64,000 nt of DNA from Eledone cirrhosa (lineage: Eukaryota): assembly GCA_964016885.1 (NCBI GenBank), contig OZ024741.1, positions 125,674,001 to 125,738,000 of the forward strand. The letters are read 5' to 3'. The notes under the pieces were generated by a model. The model was not told where the DNA came from. It saw only the letters and a program-made list of their open reading frames with translations, and made no database searches. The translations under genes and the position numbers were made by a program. Numbering within the stretch: position 1 is the stretch's first letter; every line of letters begins with the position of its first letter. Positions 1-14,731 of this stretch are shown in pieces.

Positions 1-1343
1 ATGTGTGTGTGTGTTGATGATTTATGGTTAAATGATAAAATAAAAAATATATTTTTTTAAATAAGGCCCCCGAGGGTGTGAGACCCTAAGCTATAGCTTA
101 TTTAGCCTCTAAGTAAGTCCAGCATTACCAGTGTTAGTGGCTGAATCTTCCACAAACACGTGTGCCTTTAAACTAATTCTCAGTGTTGTGAAAGGCGAAT
201 CCTAATAAGAGTACGCGTGCCTGTTGAATGCTCAGTCTCGACGAAGAATGTTATTAAAGGTACACGTGTCTATTAAATGCTCAGTCATGCGCTACTTCAT
301 GAGCTGTCTGTTCCGTTGATCAAAATGGAACACTCATCGTAGAAAGCGACGAAGGTCCATATAAGGGAGATGAAGAGAGAGAGAGAGAGCGTATGTGTGT
401 GTGTAAGTTCCATCACTAAAACTTCGAAGTCACTGCCACTATTTTCTTCAGAAAATATCTTGCACTATACTCACATGTACACGGGTATTTAAAACACACA
501 CACACAGACGTATATTTCAATGTATGTGTGTATGCTACCATTCGCGGTGCCGACAAGTGTTCCAGTCGATTCGATCGACGTAAAATTTACGTGCTAGTGA
601 CCAAGCATTCCATAGACACATGTACCCTAAACAATTATTAGGGAGATTCAGTGACACACAGTGTGTAACAAAGTTGCTCCCCTGAATCGCATGTAACACT
701 CATTTATTCCAATTGAGTGAACTGTACAACCTGATATAAATTATTTTGCTAAAGGACACAACACGCCGCAACACGCCGGAATCGAACTCATGGCATTATG
801 TTTGTGAGCTGAACGCCCTAACTACTAAGCCACTATTCATGATTATAAAGAAATCTTTACATAAATCATAACCCTAACGATAAACTTGAATTAGAATCAA
901 GTGTACTGATAAGGGTTACATGGAGGAGCGACTAGAAATCAGACGACAAAACAAAAGTGAAAGTCATTGAGTTAGATGGGGCGGGGGGTAAAACGAGGAA
1001 GGCATACTATAATGACTCTCAGTTGAAAGAGAAAAAAGGAATAGAACATACAATAGGAGAATGAAAGACCGAGGGATTAAGAGACATACAGACTGTGAAT
1101 AACAAAGAGAGAGAGAAACACAAAGAGACAGACAGACAAAGAGATAGAAAGACAGAGACAGATAGACGAAGAGAGGTGGGATTAAATAATAGAAAGAGTG
1201 AGATTATAGAAATAAAGTAACGAAGAGAAAAGAAAAAAATAGAGACAAAGAAAGAAAATTTATATATATATATACATTATTCTATGTACTATACATGCAC
1301 CTTTGATGAGTTGTAGTGCACCTGAGCACTGTACACAATAATT

Positions 1344-1375
<32 letters not shown>

Positions 1376-2487
1376 GACATAAAAATGGAAATGGGGAGTA
1401 CGGAGAAAGTAAGAACGGCGGGGGAAGTTTTCCTCGTCAGTTGTCCCCTGGGGGTCTCGGGTATTTCAACGCTTTAATATATATATATAGGGTGAATGAG
1501 TTGGGGCCCAGAACCCAACTAAAATTGAGTAATTATTAATATTTATACATATATATATAAATTTTAGTACAGCATTAACGAAGCTTTAGTTCGCGGCCAA
1601 GCTAACGAATGCAAACTCGGTCTAAGCTTTAGCACTCGGATGGGGAAAAGTACCCCCAGAGTAATAACAATACGTTTAGACAGCTTAGCAAATCAAATAT
1701 AGCGACCGGCATTCCAGCCGCATCACTAGAGCAACGAAAATACAGGACTCAGGAAAAGATTTTAGACTGACCTATATATATATATATATATATATATATA
1801 ATGTCCTGATGATTTCATGCTAATAAAACAGTTGTAGTTCTGTAGAAGTCATTTGTATATATAATATAAGATGCCTATACACTACCAGCGTAGTGAGTAC
1901 CTTTTTTTAACTGGTTTCTCCCGACCACAACTCAGGAATCTACATGTATAAAGGTATCTCTGTGTGTGTGTGTGTGTGTGTGCGCGCACGTGCGTGTGTG
2001 TGTGCTTGTACGTATATATGTATGTATGTATGAATGTAAAGATAGCCTGTGAAGTGTAATGTCGGTTCTGTTTAAAGTGTAGGTATTCTGAAGACGGTAA
2101 CAATGCTTCTGGAATGAAGTAATTCGGTGCTTAGCTTATTAACTCAACAAGCCGGAGCTGTTTAATTAATCAGTAATAGAATAAGACGAGAGAAATAATC
2201 ATTTCATTTTGGAAGTTGGCTGTATATATAATAATGGATTGGTGTGGTAGAAATATTTATCTTTGTTAAAAGAACATTATTTCTTTTAACGAAAAGGAGC
2301 ATAGACAAATCAATAATTCCTAGCATGCATAGACACACACACACAGATATATATCTTCTTCGCCCACTTATTCCTAAGAGTGTCGTGGGAGAACAGAATC
2401 TTTGGAGTTACTCGATAAATATATATATATATACTGGCATTGATAAATATGCTGGGTCCGTCAACCCTTATTATATATATATATATA

Positions 2488-3226
2488 TAAACGGAAAAAA
2501 ATGAAACGAAATTTCATTTCCCAGTCTTAGTACGGCTGTACTTAAATATAAGTATGTACACGTACATACATATATGTATACAGACGTTCAGTAGTATGTA
2601 TATATATATACATACATGCACACATATATATATGTACGTATGGATTCACCGAACATTTATTATAATGCTCGGTGTGTTTGTAAACAAACATCCCGTATTA
2701 AGCCGTAGTGTCTAGCAACCATCGTTGCCCGTTTGTTCAACACTATATATATATATATATATACTACTGAATGTCTGTATACATATATGTACGTACGTGT
2801 ACATACTTATATTTAAGTACAGCCGTACTAAGAGTGGGAAATGAAATTTCGTTTCAGTTTTTCCGTTTATCGTTTTCGGTGCACCCGGCCGATTAACCCA
2901 CTCGATATGCAAATTGGGCTACTCAGCCGTTAATATGCATAAGGTAAGTATATACGTTCAACAATCTGGCAGGAAGGTATACGTTGCTGACGATAGCTAA
3001 TAAGCTTGAAACTAGTACAGCGTTCCTTTGTCAGTGTTGAACAAACGAGCAACGATGGTTACTAGACACTACGGCTTAATACGGGATGTTTGTTTACAAA
3101 CACACCGAGCATTATAATAAATGTTCGGTGAATCCATACGTACATATATATATGTGTACATGTATGTATATATATATATACATACTACTGAACGTCTGTA
3201 TACATATATGTATGTACGTGAACATA

Positions 3227-3230
<4 letters not shown>
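2488..3230. repeat. Nested inverted-repeat element (second rearranged copy at 4060-4557)
   Basis: 2488-2600 is inverted relative to 2761-2870, and 2540-2745 is inverted relative to 3033-3230. The same blocks recur at 4060-4557 with an internal inversion. Confidence 0.8.
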
Positions 3231-3274
<44 letters not shown>

Positions 3275-3414
3275 GTAGGAGGTGAGTTTTATTGTAGTAC
3301 AATAAAGCAATGCAGATATCGGATAAGTAGCACTCTACAGTTTGTAGGACTTGATCTTATATATTATATATATATATATAAGCTATTTTATAGCATCTCC
3401 ACACACACACATAA

Positions 3415-4030
3415 GGAACCAGAGTACTCAATACTTAGGGTAGTAGAGTGGGTAATAGGAAAATGTATGACCACGACGGCAGAGCTCAAGCCGTTTCGAC
3501 GGCTATTTCTGGACTAAATTAGAATTTTTAGCCTGGTAAATAAATAGCCGAACTTTTCAAGGGGTACTCCCTTATATGGGAAGATTGTAGTTGTCAAGTG
3601 GATTGGTCAAAATTTCTTGTAAACACAATTAAGTCTATCATGGCAGTGGGTGGGAAGTGGGGGTGGCTGAACTTGCCTGTAGAACAATGAGGGAGTGGGT
3701 GGAGCCGGTCAAGCGTTGAAAGTGAAATCTATACAGCATATATATATCCAGTCACGTATGTCTGATATTTGATTTCGGATTCAAAGAAACACTTTAAACG
3801 ATTAATCGTTTGATTTGTCCAGTGTATTTTTCTTAACCTGTTAGTTCTATTGTTACTTTGGTATAGTATTGTGTGTTAGATTTGCCTACCACAATGTTCG
3901 ATTTGTCAAGCTATTTAAACGTATGTTATTACTCTAAGGCCCTAACTTATCGAGTGCTTTGCTAACTCATCATTTCATATAAGTAGGCCAAATTTACTTG
4001 CAAACCGCCAGAGATTCGATTTTACTAAAA
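3415..4030 (-). mobile_element. Degenerate PLE 3' fragment/pLTR (family also at 7905-7995 and 29235-29400)
   Basis: The segment ggaaccagagtactc...gagctcaagccgtttcgac is shared among the three loci. Weak GIY-YIG-like YTGQIKRL on the minus strand. Confidence 0.45.
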
Positions 4031-5439
4031 TTCGTATATATATATATATATATATATATATAAGTATGTACACGTACATACATATATGTATACAGACGCA
4101 CAGTAGTATGTATATATATACATACATGCACACACATATATATTAACGACTGAGTAGCCCAATTTGCATATCGAGTGGGTTAATCGGCCGGGTGCACCAA
4201 AAATATGCATAAGGTAAGTATATACGTTCAACAATCTGGCAGGAAGGTATACGTTGCTGACGATAGCTAATAAGCTTGAAACTAGTACAGCGTTCCTTTG
4301 TCAGTGTTGAACAAACTAGCAACGATGGTTGCTGGACACTACGGCTTAATACGGGATGTTTGTTTACAAACACGCCGAGCATTATAATAAATGTTCGGTG
4401 AATCCATACGTACATATATATGTGTGCGAATGTATGTATATATATATACATACTACTGTGCGTCTCTATACATATATGTATGTACGTGTACATACTTATA
4501 TTTAAGTAACAGCCGTACTAAGAGTGGGAAATGAAATTTTGTTTCATTTTTTCCTTTATATATATATATAATTGTTTCTACTTTTGGCACAAGGCCAGCA
4601 ATCACCCAGTGCATTACTGGTACTTTATTTTATCGACCTCGTAAGGATGAAAGGTAAAGTTAACCTCGGCGGGATTTGAACTCAGAATGGCAAGGGCCGT
4701 AACTCTATGCATCAAAGCATGGCGCCCGACCCTCTACCGATACACCCAATCCACATAATGCGAAGAAATACCTATGATGGCTAGTAGACCACTGATGATG
4801 GATAGTCATGGCTTCCAATTCTAATGCTTCATTTTAATTTGTATATCACAAATGCAACAACACAGCACGCCATTTTTCATCATTATATATATATATAGTC
4901 ACGGAATTGTTATAAATATACGAGTGTGGTAGAAAAGAAATAAAGACGATTCTGTGGGAAGTGAAGAATGATTTAAATTAGCTATATCTATGATGTACAG
5001 TATATATAATCTGGGGTCTCAAATACGCGACCCCCGGGCAGCATGCAGCCCGCTAATTACTTTCTATGGCTCACGGCAGAATAATTTTCATGATCAATAT
5101 TTTACTAAAACCTGGTCATATTTCCCTCGCCCCTTCCATACTCTTGCAGACGCACCAGCAGCAATAGTATTAAACTTTTGTCTTCTCTGTTTTAATATTT
5201 ATAGTACAGTTAATTGCAATTCACTCATATATCGGAATTTATCAAAAGTAGAAACGAAATTAAGAAGAATTTTAAATGGAAAAATTGTCCCTCTAACATC
5301 TTGTACTAATTCACATATTCCACTTAGTCATCCGTATCATTTGGATGAAAAAAATATAAATAAATAAATCAGCTAGCTGTATTGGAGATAAGCATTTGGC
5401 CTGCTGTGCTTCTATGACGCAATGGCCCCTTATATATAT

Positions 5440-5675
5440 ATATTATACTTTTATATTTAATTTCATTTGTACCGTTTCCTCTCACCCCCTTTTTTTATAT
5501 GTCTCTCCACCACTCCCCTACACACCCTTGGAACTCTCTTCCCACACACTTTTCACCTGAAGGGCTTATGCCCGAAGCGTCGTTCCCCACCACCACCCCA
5601 CCCTCAAGAGCGTGAAACTAATAAACCTTTGTTCGTACTGCCTCTCTGTTTTGTTCCCGTTCAATTTTTTACTAC
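5440..5675 (+). mobile_element. Diverged short pLTR fragment related to 6650-6888
   Basis: Shares ...ctccaccactcccctacacaccctt...gggcttatgcccgaa...gagcgtgaaa...; the hammerhead core is degenerate. Confidence 0.7.
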
Positions 5676-5722
<47 letters not shown>

Positions 5723-6094
5723 AAGGCCAAGTTTGAGTCTGTTACTCTGCAGTTTCGCCTCTTTACTGACTGGTTTTCAAACTGTAACACTCGTCGTCGG
5801 AACTGACGGAGGTTCAACACATACACATAAACATGCACTCGGGTGTGTAGTTAGTAACATCAGAGAAGTAGAAGCAGGAAAGAATCGCGAAAAAGCCAGG
5901 TTCGTTGGGTGCTTGTATCAGTTAACAGTAGTTCAACACACCAAAGAAAACATCAGACAAAGCAGGGCTTTCCCACGCAACTTGGCAAAAACTACGATGA
6001 AATCAACGTCCGGGGGAAGGGGAAGACTTGTTGCTCATCGCAAAACTTGCGTGTTTGGGGCTCCCCAGCCTTTACAACGCGCGCGCACACGCGC

Positions 6095-6160
<66 letters not shown>

Positions 6161-6886
6161 TTACCAACTTTTCAACCATCCTCTTACGTAATCACCTATA
6201 TAACTCACCCACCCACACACACCCCAAAAAAAATTTTTTTCTCCACACGCCACCTACACACACAACACGCTTAAACCCCACACACACGTGCTTTCCACGA
6301 CATATTTACACCCTCAGCCTCCTGAATCTTCTCCCCCCACCCCTCTATCCACAAACGCACAGACACTCCGACCCACAAACCCCCCCACACACACCTCTTC
6401 CTGAACATGCAACCCCGTTCTTCCCCCAACCCTTACTTTCACATACACACACACACACACACGTACACCTACACACACACACCACCTTCAGCCCTCCCCG
6501 CTCGGACACCCCGTCTCCCTCTCCCCACTCCACCCGCCACCACCCCTACACACCCCACACCCTTCCACCACCTGTTTTACCCCCCTTTTAATTTCAGTTT
6601 ATTTTGATCATGCTTTTATATTTAAATTTATTTCATTCCTTGTATTTTGATCATGCTTTATTTTTAATTTTATTTATATTTTTTTTATTCGCACCGTTTC
6701 CTTTCGCTATATGTCTCTCCACCACTCCCCTACACACCCTTTGAACTCTGTTCCCACACACTTCTCACCTGAGGAAGGGCTTATGCCCGAAACGTCGTCC
6801 CCCACCAACACCCCACTCTCCAGAGCGTGAAATTAATAAACATTCGTTGTACTGCCTCTCTGTTTTGTCCCTGTTCAAATGTTTCC

Positions 6887-6888
<2 letters not shown>
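6161..6888 (+). mobile_element. 3' fragment/pLTR of the same PLE family as 59727-62578
   Basis: Near-identical to 61870-62578; carries a hammerhead core at 6769; flanked by (AT)n. Confidence 0.85.
6769..6796 (+). ncRNA. Minimal type I hammerhead ribozyme core (PLE pLTR)
   Basis: CTGAGGA-A-GGGC-TTAT-GCCC-GAAA-CGTC; helix III is a palindromic ACGT. Confidence 0.7.
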
Positions 6889-6949
<61 letters not shown>

Positions 6950-7337
6950 TTACATATATATATAAATATTATTTTGAAGTAATATTAATAACTCCAGAAA
7001 TCCCCCACTGTGGAGTGCTTCTAATCTATTGTGAAACTTTATTCAAATATATATATATATGAAAGTATAGAAATTATTGTGAGCGTGAAGCCAACAGTAT
7101 TTCATAAATATATATATATATATATGCATATATATATATGTAGTAATATAAGTTTGGTAGAAATATCCATAGACTGAATGAGTTGGGATGCATAACCCAA
7201 CGAAACTTAAGTAACTATATATGTCACTGTTGTAACTAAATATGACACTGTAAATGTGGTTGGTGTTAGGAAGGGCATCCAGGTGAAAAATAGCCAGTCA
7301 AATTTACGGACACTAAACGGTAATGATGATATATGTA

Positions 7338-7397
<60 letters not shown>

Positions 7398-7400
<3 letters not shown>

Positions 7401-7887
7401 TGAAGTCGGTGTGGAAGTCGGACCTTCGTAGAGACCTGAAAATCCGCCTCTTCATTGCTGTAGTGCGGTCTGTGCTGCTGTGTGGGTCTGAGACTTGGAC
7501 ACTGACCAAGAAACTCACTCAGATGGTGGATGGGTGCTACACGAGAATGCTGAGGATGGCTCTGAACATTAATCAGTATACACTGAGGATGAAAAACTCA
7601 GAGCTGTATGGGAGCATCCCAAAAGTCACCTCAAAAGTGACAGAGGAGAATTGAGGTTAGCTGGACATGATCACCGACATCCAGAGTTGACATTGCACTC
7701 AGTGCTCCTTTGGGAGCCCCTACAGGGACACACTAGAAGAGGAAGACCAAGGTTAACGTATGTTGATGCTCTAAGGACAGACACTGGTCTGTTGGAGACG
7801 CAGGACATGGCAGCGATAATGAGGGACAGAGACCGCTGGAGAGAACTCGTCCATGGATCTCGGGAATTTTACCCGCCTTAGATTAGA
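7398..7887 (+). mobile_element. 5'-truncated RTE-clade LINE 3' end
   Basis: LKIRLFIAVVRSVLLCGSETW...RLAGH...RGRPRLTYVD...DRDRWR; short (TTAGA) tail. Confidence 0.85.
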
Positions 7888-7993
7888 TATATATATATAT
7901 AACGAAGGAGGTGTGGTAAGGAACCAGATGGACCATAACGCACCAGAAATAGTCGTCGAAACGGCTTGAGCTTTGTCGTCGGGGTCATACATT

Positions 7994-8045
<52 letters not shown>

Positions 8046-8453
8046 GTATGTGAGTGTGTATATACTTTTGCGTGTTTTTGTCCCGCAACTTCGTGGTAAA
8101 ATAAATACCATACTTAAAAAGTTATGGGATTGATAGTTGATTAAATCAATGCGGTATATATATACATATATATATTATTCAAAATGTTAACAAATGAAAA
8201 ATATTCTCATAATCAAAATATATATTTTATTATACATATTTCAAAGGTACTATGGTATTTAAGTACGTTTTCATCAGACAAAATATATGATGAAAACGTA
8301 CTTAAACACCATAGTACCTTTGAAATGTCTAATAAAATATATATTTTGATTATGAGAATATTTTTCATTTGTTAACATTTTGAATAATATTAAAAAGTCC
8401 AGGAAAATCAACTGTTGAGTGCTTCTAATCTATTGTAATATTGTAATCTTTGG

Positions 8454-8518
<65 letters not shown>

Positions 8519-9122
8519 TATACATATATATTTACGCACACATTTCCACTATACACACACATTTGTACATACATACATATGTACATCTGTGAGTGTATAT
8601 ACATACATACATATACACACACACCTAACTATATTTCTTAAAATTTTTTTATATATTTTATATGTCTATTGTATTACATTCATCTATATTTACATAATTT
8701 TTTTTGCATTTCTTGAGGAGACTTTCCAAATATTTAGCTATGTTTTATATTACCTCGTCCGACGAACGAATGAAGACGTTTCTTTCGTATTCGCCTTATT
8801 CGGGAAACCTCTGGTAATGAGGTAATTATATTGTATTGTTGTTTTTTATACATTAAATTTTGCTCTGGTACTTACATAGAGCACTCTTCACTCCTATGAC
8901 TTTTTCTGTTTTCAACGGAAACTTCAATACTTATATATATATATAAAAACACACACACATAAAGTTCTGCATCATTCACACCCATCCTTACATCTCTATA
9001 ACACACACATAGTTACATACATGCATCATACATACATACATACATACATACATACATACATACATACATACATACATACATACATACATACATACATACA
9101 TGCATGCATGCATGCATGCACG

Positions 9123-9163
<41 letters not shown>

Positions 9164-11320
9164 ACATACATACATACATACATACATACATACATACATA
9201 CATACATACATACATACATACATACATACATACATACATTGTCTAAAATAGATAACGGATGTAGTTTGTGTTGGTTTGTTTATGTATGCAGGGATGGTGT
9301 TGCTGTTTTCTTTTCTTATTTAATTTGTTATTATTTTTATATTATAGAAAAAATATATTCAAATGTATGGTACATAATTTTGATTTGTCTCTTTTCTAAA
9401 CCATGATATGTCAATAATATTATATATTTATAAGTTTGCAGTTCTGGACTTACCAATAAGCTATTGCCCAGGCTTGGGAACTTTCTAGGCGCAAAACCTA
9501 TGGTCATTTGTGACCGAAGGGTGTCTTTACCCTTACCCTTATATATGTATATTAGTGTACATATGTAAAATAAATGTTTATTCTCAATACATGTGTTTTA
9601 CTCTCAAAGTTGGCTTAAAAACCATTATTACATAAATATGAAAAAGGAAGATAAAAACAAAATTAAGTAATGAGAAAAGGGGGAAAGCAAAGAAGTGCAG
9701 ATCTGTATGTAGATGAAATGACTATAAATGCCATGAGGAAAATGAGGGACTCTTGGTCACATATATTTATTCTTTATCATTAACATTAATATAAAAAAAT
9801 AATAATCATGTATAATTATTTTTTTTTTTTTTTTACCCAAATTTCATATAACAAGGTCATATGCCGGTAAAAATCTGGCCGTGTAGGTATATTCTTACAC
9901 TCTTTTATTAGTTTGTCTTTAGACTGCAATAATACTAGGGCACGGCTTTATTTAGTCAATCAGTGCTTATTTTTTTAAAGTCCGATGATTATTTTGTCGA
10001 ACTGCTTAGTAAAAATTTACCTTCTTTATACATATATATATATGGGGGGGGGGTATGTGTCTCCATGTATGTGGGTGTGTGTGACGGGCTTCTACAGTTT
10101 CTGCCAACCAAATTCCACTCACATGGCATTGCTCAACCCGAAACTACCTACAGTACAAGAAAGACACTTGCCGAAGGTGCTGCGCAGCAGGGCTGAACCC
10201 AGAAACAAATGTACCAGATATATACCAGATGTTTTAAATTTACATATCTAGTTAATAAACTGTAACAAAAAAATTAAACAATTATTCCCTTTTAATTTAA
10301 TGTTACAAATTAGCGTTGGTTTCGTTTACCGATCCAGTCGTATCATTTGGAAGATGGTTGCTTTTAATAGGCATGACCCTCTCAGGAATAAGTGGGCGAA
10401 GAAGTAGAGTTTTGGCTTCTTTATTTTATTGACCCCCAAGGAAATCAATGTTGATTTCAACGTTCTAAGTTAAAAAAATTGTCGACGTCATCAACTTAGT
10501 CTTTTCATCCTCCCACAGGTCGATAAAATAAAGTACCAGTCAAGTACAAGGTCGATTTACACTCACTATAATCTCCACCAAAATATATGGCCATGTGCCA
10601 ATCGATATTATCAACTGGTGTACCTATGCGGTCAAATATGACAGCTATCTTAATCAAATTGTGGCTACATACCGAAATACACTGCGTTTCAATTAATTAA
10701 TGCAGTGTTTGGGACGGGAGATTAAATATTTCATAAAAATGGTATCTAAGAAAATTAAAGAAAAGATTCTTAGATCAAATTGCCGGCTGAATTATTACTT
10801 TATCATTATTGTAACCCTTTTGTGACCATATCTTAATATATATAATGAAATACACGGCATTTCAAATAATTTATGGAGAATTTGAAGGGATTTACAAAAA
10901 TTAGGAACCATTTCGTTAAGATGGTATTTGTAAGATAAATTAACACATCGTTCCCATACCAAATTATGTTTGAAAACTTTCAATTAAATAAGAAGCCTTT
11001 AAATAGGTAGGTTTAATTTCATAGAGAACCAAAGCAAATTTGGAACGGGTTGCTATCAAACGATTTTAGAACAGATAAACGTCAAAAGTACAAAAAAGAA
11101 TATAGAGTGAAATATTTATATCATTTATGTCTATCATTTCTGATAACAGCGAAAGCTGTTTTTTTTTTTAGTGTGATCACTGTGAGGAAACTCTAACCGG
11201 CTTGATAACATTAAGCAAATATAGAATTAAAGACGCGGTAATTTTTGTATCAATAATTAATAACGGATTGACAAAATTTTAAGTGAATTGTATGAATATA
11301 TATGTGAGTATATATCCACA

Positions 11321-11414
<94 letters not shown>

Positions 11415-11663
11415 CACACACAATTACATGATTAAAATATAGAGTTAATTGCCAATTAATAATAACAGAATTACTTCCCTTACACTTTTTTTTTAAACAG
11501 AATCAGAAACACGCGTGGGTTTTTATATAAAATTAAATGGTATTAGTCGTAATTGTAATTAATTAGGGGCTCGTTAGAAATATCTGAGGTCTTTATAAGA
11601 AAGAAATTCTTATATCATTTTTCTGAAAATTTTTTTTTATGTGTATGTATATATTTTTTTAAG

Positions 11664-11711
<48 letters not shown>

Positions 11712-11953
11712 CATAATATTATATAATTGTTTCTACGTTAGGCACAAATTAACCAGTGTATTACTGGTACTTTATTATATAATAAAGCTAAATGGTGAGT
11801 CTTATTACCCTGGAGTTTCGCCTGTTTATCACAGGGCCATCAACAAGTTCTTGCTTGATGACCCTGTGATAAACAGGCAAAACTCCAGAGTAACAAGACT
11901 CACTATTTAGCCTTAATAAAATGAATATTAAAACTCTACTTCGGGACTGAGTA

Positions 11954-12292
<339 letters not shown>

Positions 12293-12568
12293 GGTTTGTG
12301 TTATTTATATGCAATAAAACGGTAAATTCATGTTAGGACATAAGCTAAATATCAAGGTAAACATAAAAAATATCCTATCTTTACGAATGTTTGAATTTTT
12401 CTCTCTCTCTCCCTCACACTGACACACACACACACTATATACATATATATAATTTGTCGTTACTATCAAATAACTTCCGCCAGCATCTTTCGTGTATTGA
12501 TGTTTCGTTCACTTCGTTATCTCACTTACTGACCACTAAATACTCTTTACTTGATATACATACATGTA

Positions 12569-12673
<105 letters not shown>

Positions 12674-13524
12674 TTATATATATGTGTGTGTGAGAGAGAG
12701 AGAGAGAGAGGTGTTTATGAGTAAGGGAAGATGTGTGTCTGTGTTTGTGTGTGAGGGAGTGAATGAGTAAGTATGTAGAGTGAGCGTATTGCAACTACTG
12801 ACAATGTCTGAGCATGTGGCAGTGTGTTCGTGTCTCCACATGCGACACGAGCATGTTTGTAAACTATATGTAAGTGTATGTATAGATAGAGATACGTCTG
12901 TGTGTGTGTGCGTGTGTATGTATGATAGAGAGAAGAAAGAAAAAAAGAGATTTTGTGGTCAGCCAGAAATGGCGAATGGTCGTACGATAGGTCATTTCCA
13001 GATATAGTATACGTCTATACCGAGTCAGTGTAACTATAAAAACAACAAACGACCATTAAATGGAGGAACTGACCATACAAACACGAAGATAACTATCTGA
13101 GGCGGTCGCGGGATAGACGAAAGCAACAAAGAATAAACACACAAAACTTAACCAACAGAATAAATTACGAGGATAGAAAGAGAAGCCCAGAAACCCAGAA
13201 AACAAACAAATACTACATGCATATATATATATATATATATAAAGTGTTCATGATTTGAAGACTGAGGAAAACGGACAGGCTCTCCGTAGGGACTGTACAG
13301 TTTATGTGTGTGTGTATATATATATATTATGAAATACTGTTGGCTTCTTGCTCACATTAATTTCTATATTTTCATTTATATATAAATGAAAAGTATAGAA
13401 ATTATTGTAGCAAGAAGCCAACAGTATTCCATAATATATTTTCATAATATATATATATATACATAAAGTTAGTGAATGAAAATTGGTAGGGCTTTGCCAG
13501 GGGAGGAGTGTATATATAACTTAC

Positions 13525-13986
13525 CGTATGGAGTTTACCTTCATGAAGCTCCTGTAGGGTCGGGCGTGATTTTAGTGCTGCAGTAGTGGATAAAAGGTTC
13601 CTATAATGGTCCAAATGTGGAATGGCTTCGTGTGTATTACCTCCAAATGTCTTCAGATTACTCGTATCGTACGAATGAGTCCTGTAAGTGTCCGAAGGGC
13701 TGAAAGAAAAGGTTCCATGCGGCGAATCAACGAATCTTTCGCTGCCGCTATCAATACTGTAGCGATAGTGCTGTTGTTGCTGTTGGGCAATACTTTCCTC
13801 ATCATCTTCGCACGGCTCAGCAATGGAGACACGATGCACTTTAAAACGGGACGAGCTATTTCGTTTGGCCTCGCTCGGTAAATCTGTAAGTTCGTCCTTA
13901 GATTCTTGGACTAGTATGCTGTCCCGAGGCTTCTTTTCTTCTTTCGGTGCCTCCAGTGCGATGCCTTCGCTTCTGTTGTCCGCCAT
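13525..13986 (-). CDS. SLC12A2: First coding exon (154 codons) of an Na-K-2Cl cotransporter-like SLC12 gene (NKCC/SLC12A1-3 type), N-terminal cytoplasmic regulatory tail
   Basis: The ORF starts MADNRSEG. It contains the SPAK/OSR1 docking motif RFKV and the NKCC regulatory block TFGGNTHEAIPHLDHYRN...SRPTLQELH. It ends at a strong donor ACG|GTAAGT (intron starts 13524). The symbol is used at family level; orthology was not tested. Confidence 0.88.
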
Positions 13987-14648
13987 GTTTTCCCTCTCTA
14001 TATATTTTTATGAGAAGAAAGACGGCGAATGCGGTCGATCTAGTTCGTCTGTATTGATGATGTACACTTGAGTGTGTATGTATATGTTTAAGAGGGGATA
14101 ACGCACAACGACTGTATGTATGTGCGTGTGCGTCTGTCTGTCTGTGTGTGTCAATGTCGGAGTATGTATGTATGTGTATGTTTGTTTGTGTGTGTGTTCG
14201 TGGAGAAAGATGTGTTTCAATATCGCTATGTGGGTGTGTGTATGTGAGTGTATATATATATATATATGTATATACTTGCAGCAAAGTGTGTGTGTGTTTG
14301 CGGGAAGAAAAGCGAATGCAGATTGATCGATTGCGTACGTATAAAGGGGAATATGCGTGTGTGTGTGTGTGTGTATGAGTTAGTATGGAATCATTAAGTA
14401 TACGTATGTATGTGTGTGTGAGTGCGTCATCCGTTTGTAATCTACAGCTGTGTATACGTGTGTAAGTATTGAATAATTACGTATATATATAAATGTGTGC
14501 TTGTGTGTAAGTATGCATGCGTGTGCGCGTAGTCCGTTTGTAATATACAGCTGTGTTTAAGCGCGCTTTTTTGTCTGTTTTTGTCGCGTGTGTATGTTTA
14601 TTACTTAATTCGTATATGAGTGTTTATTTAGCTGGTTGAATGTGTGTT

Positions 14649-14731
<83 letters not shown>

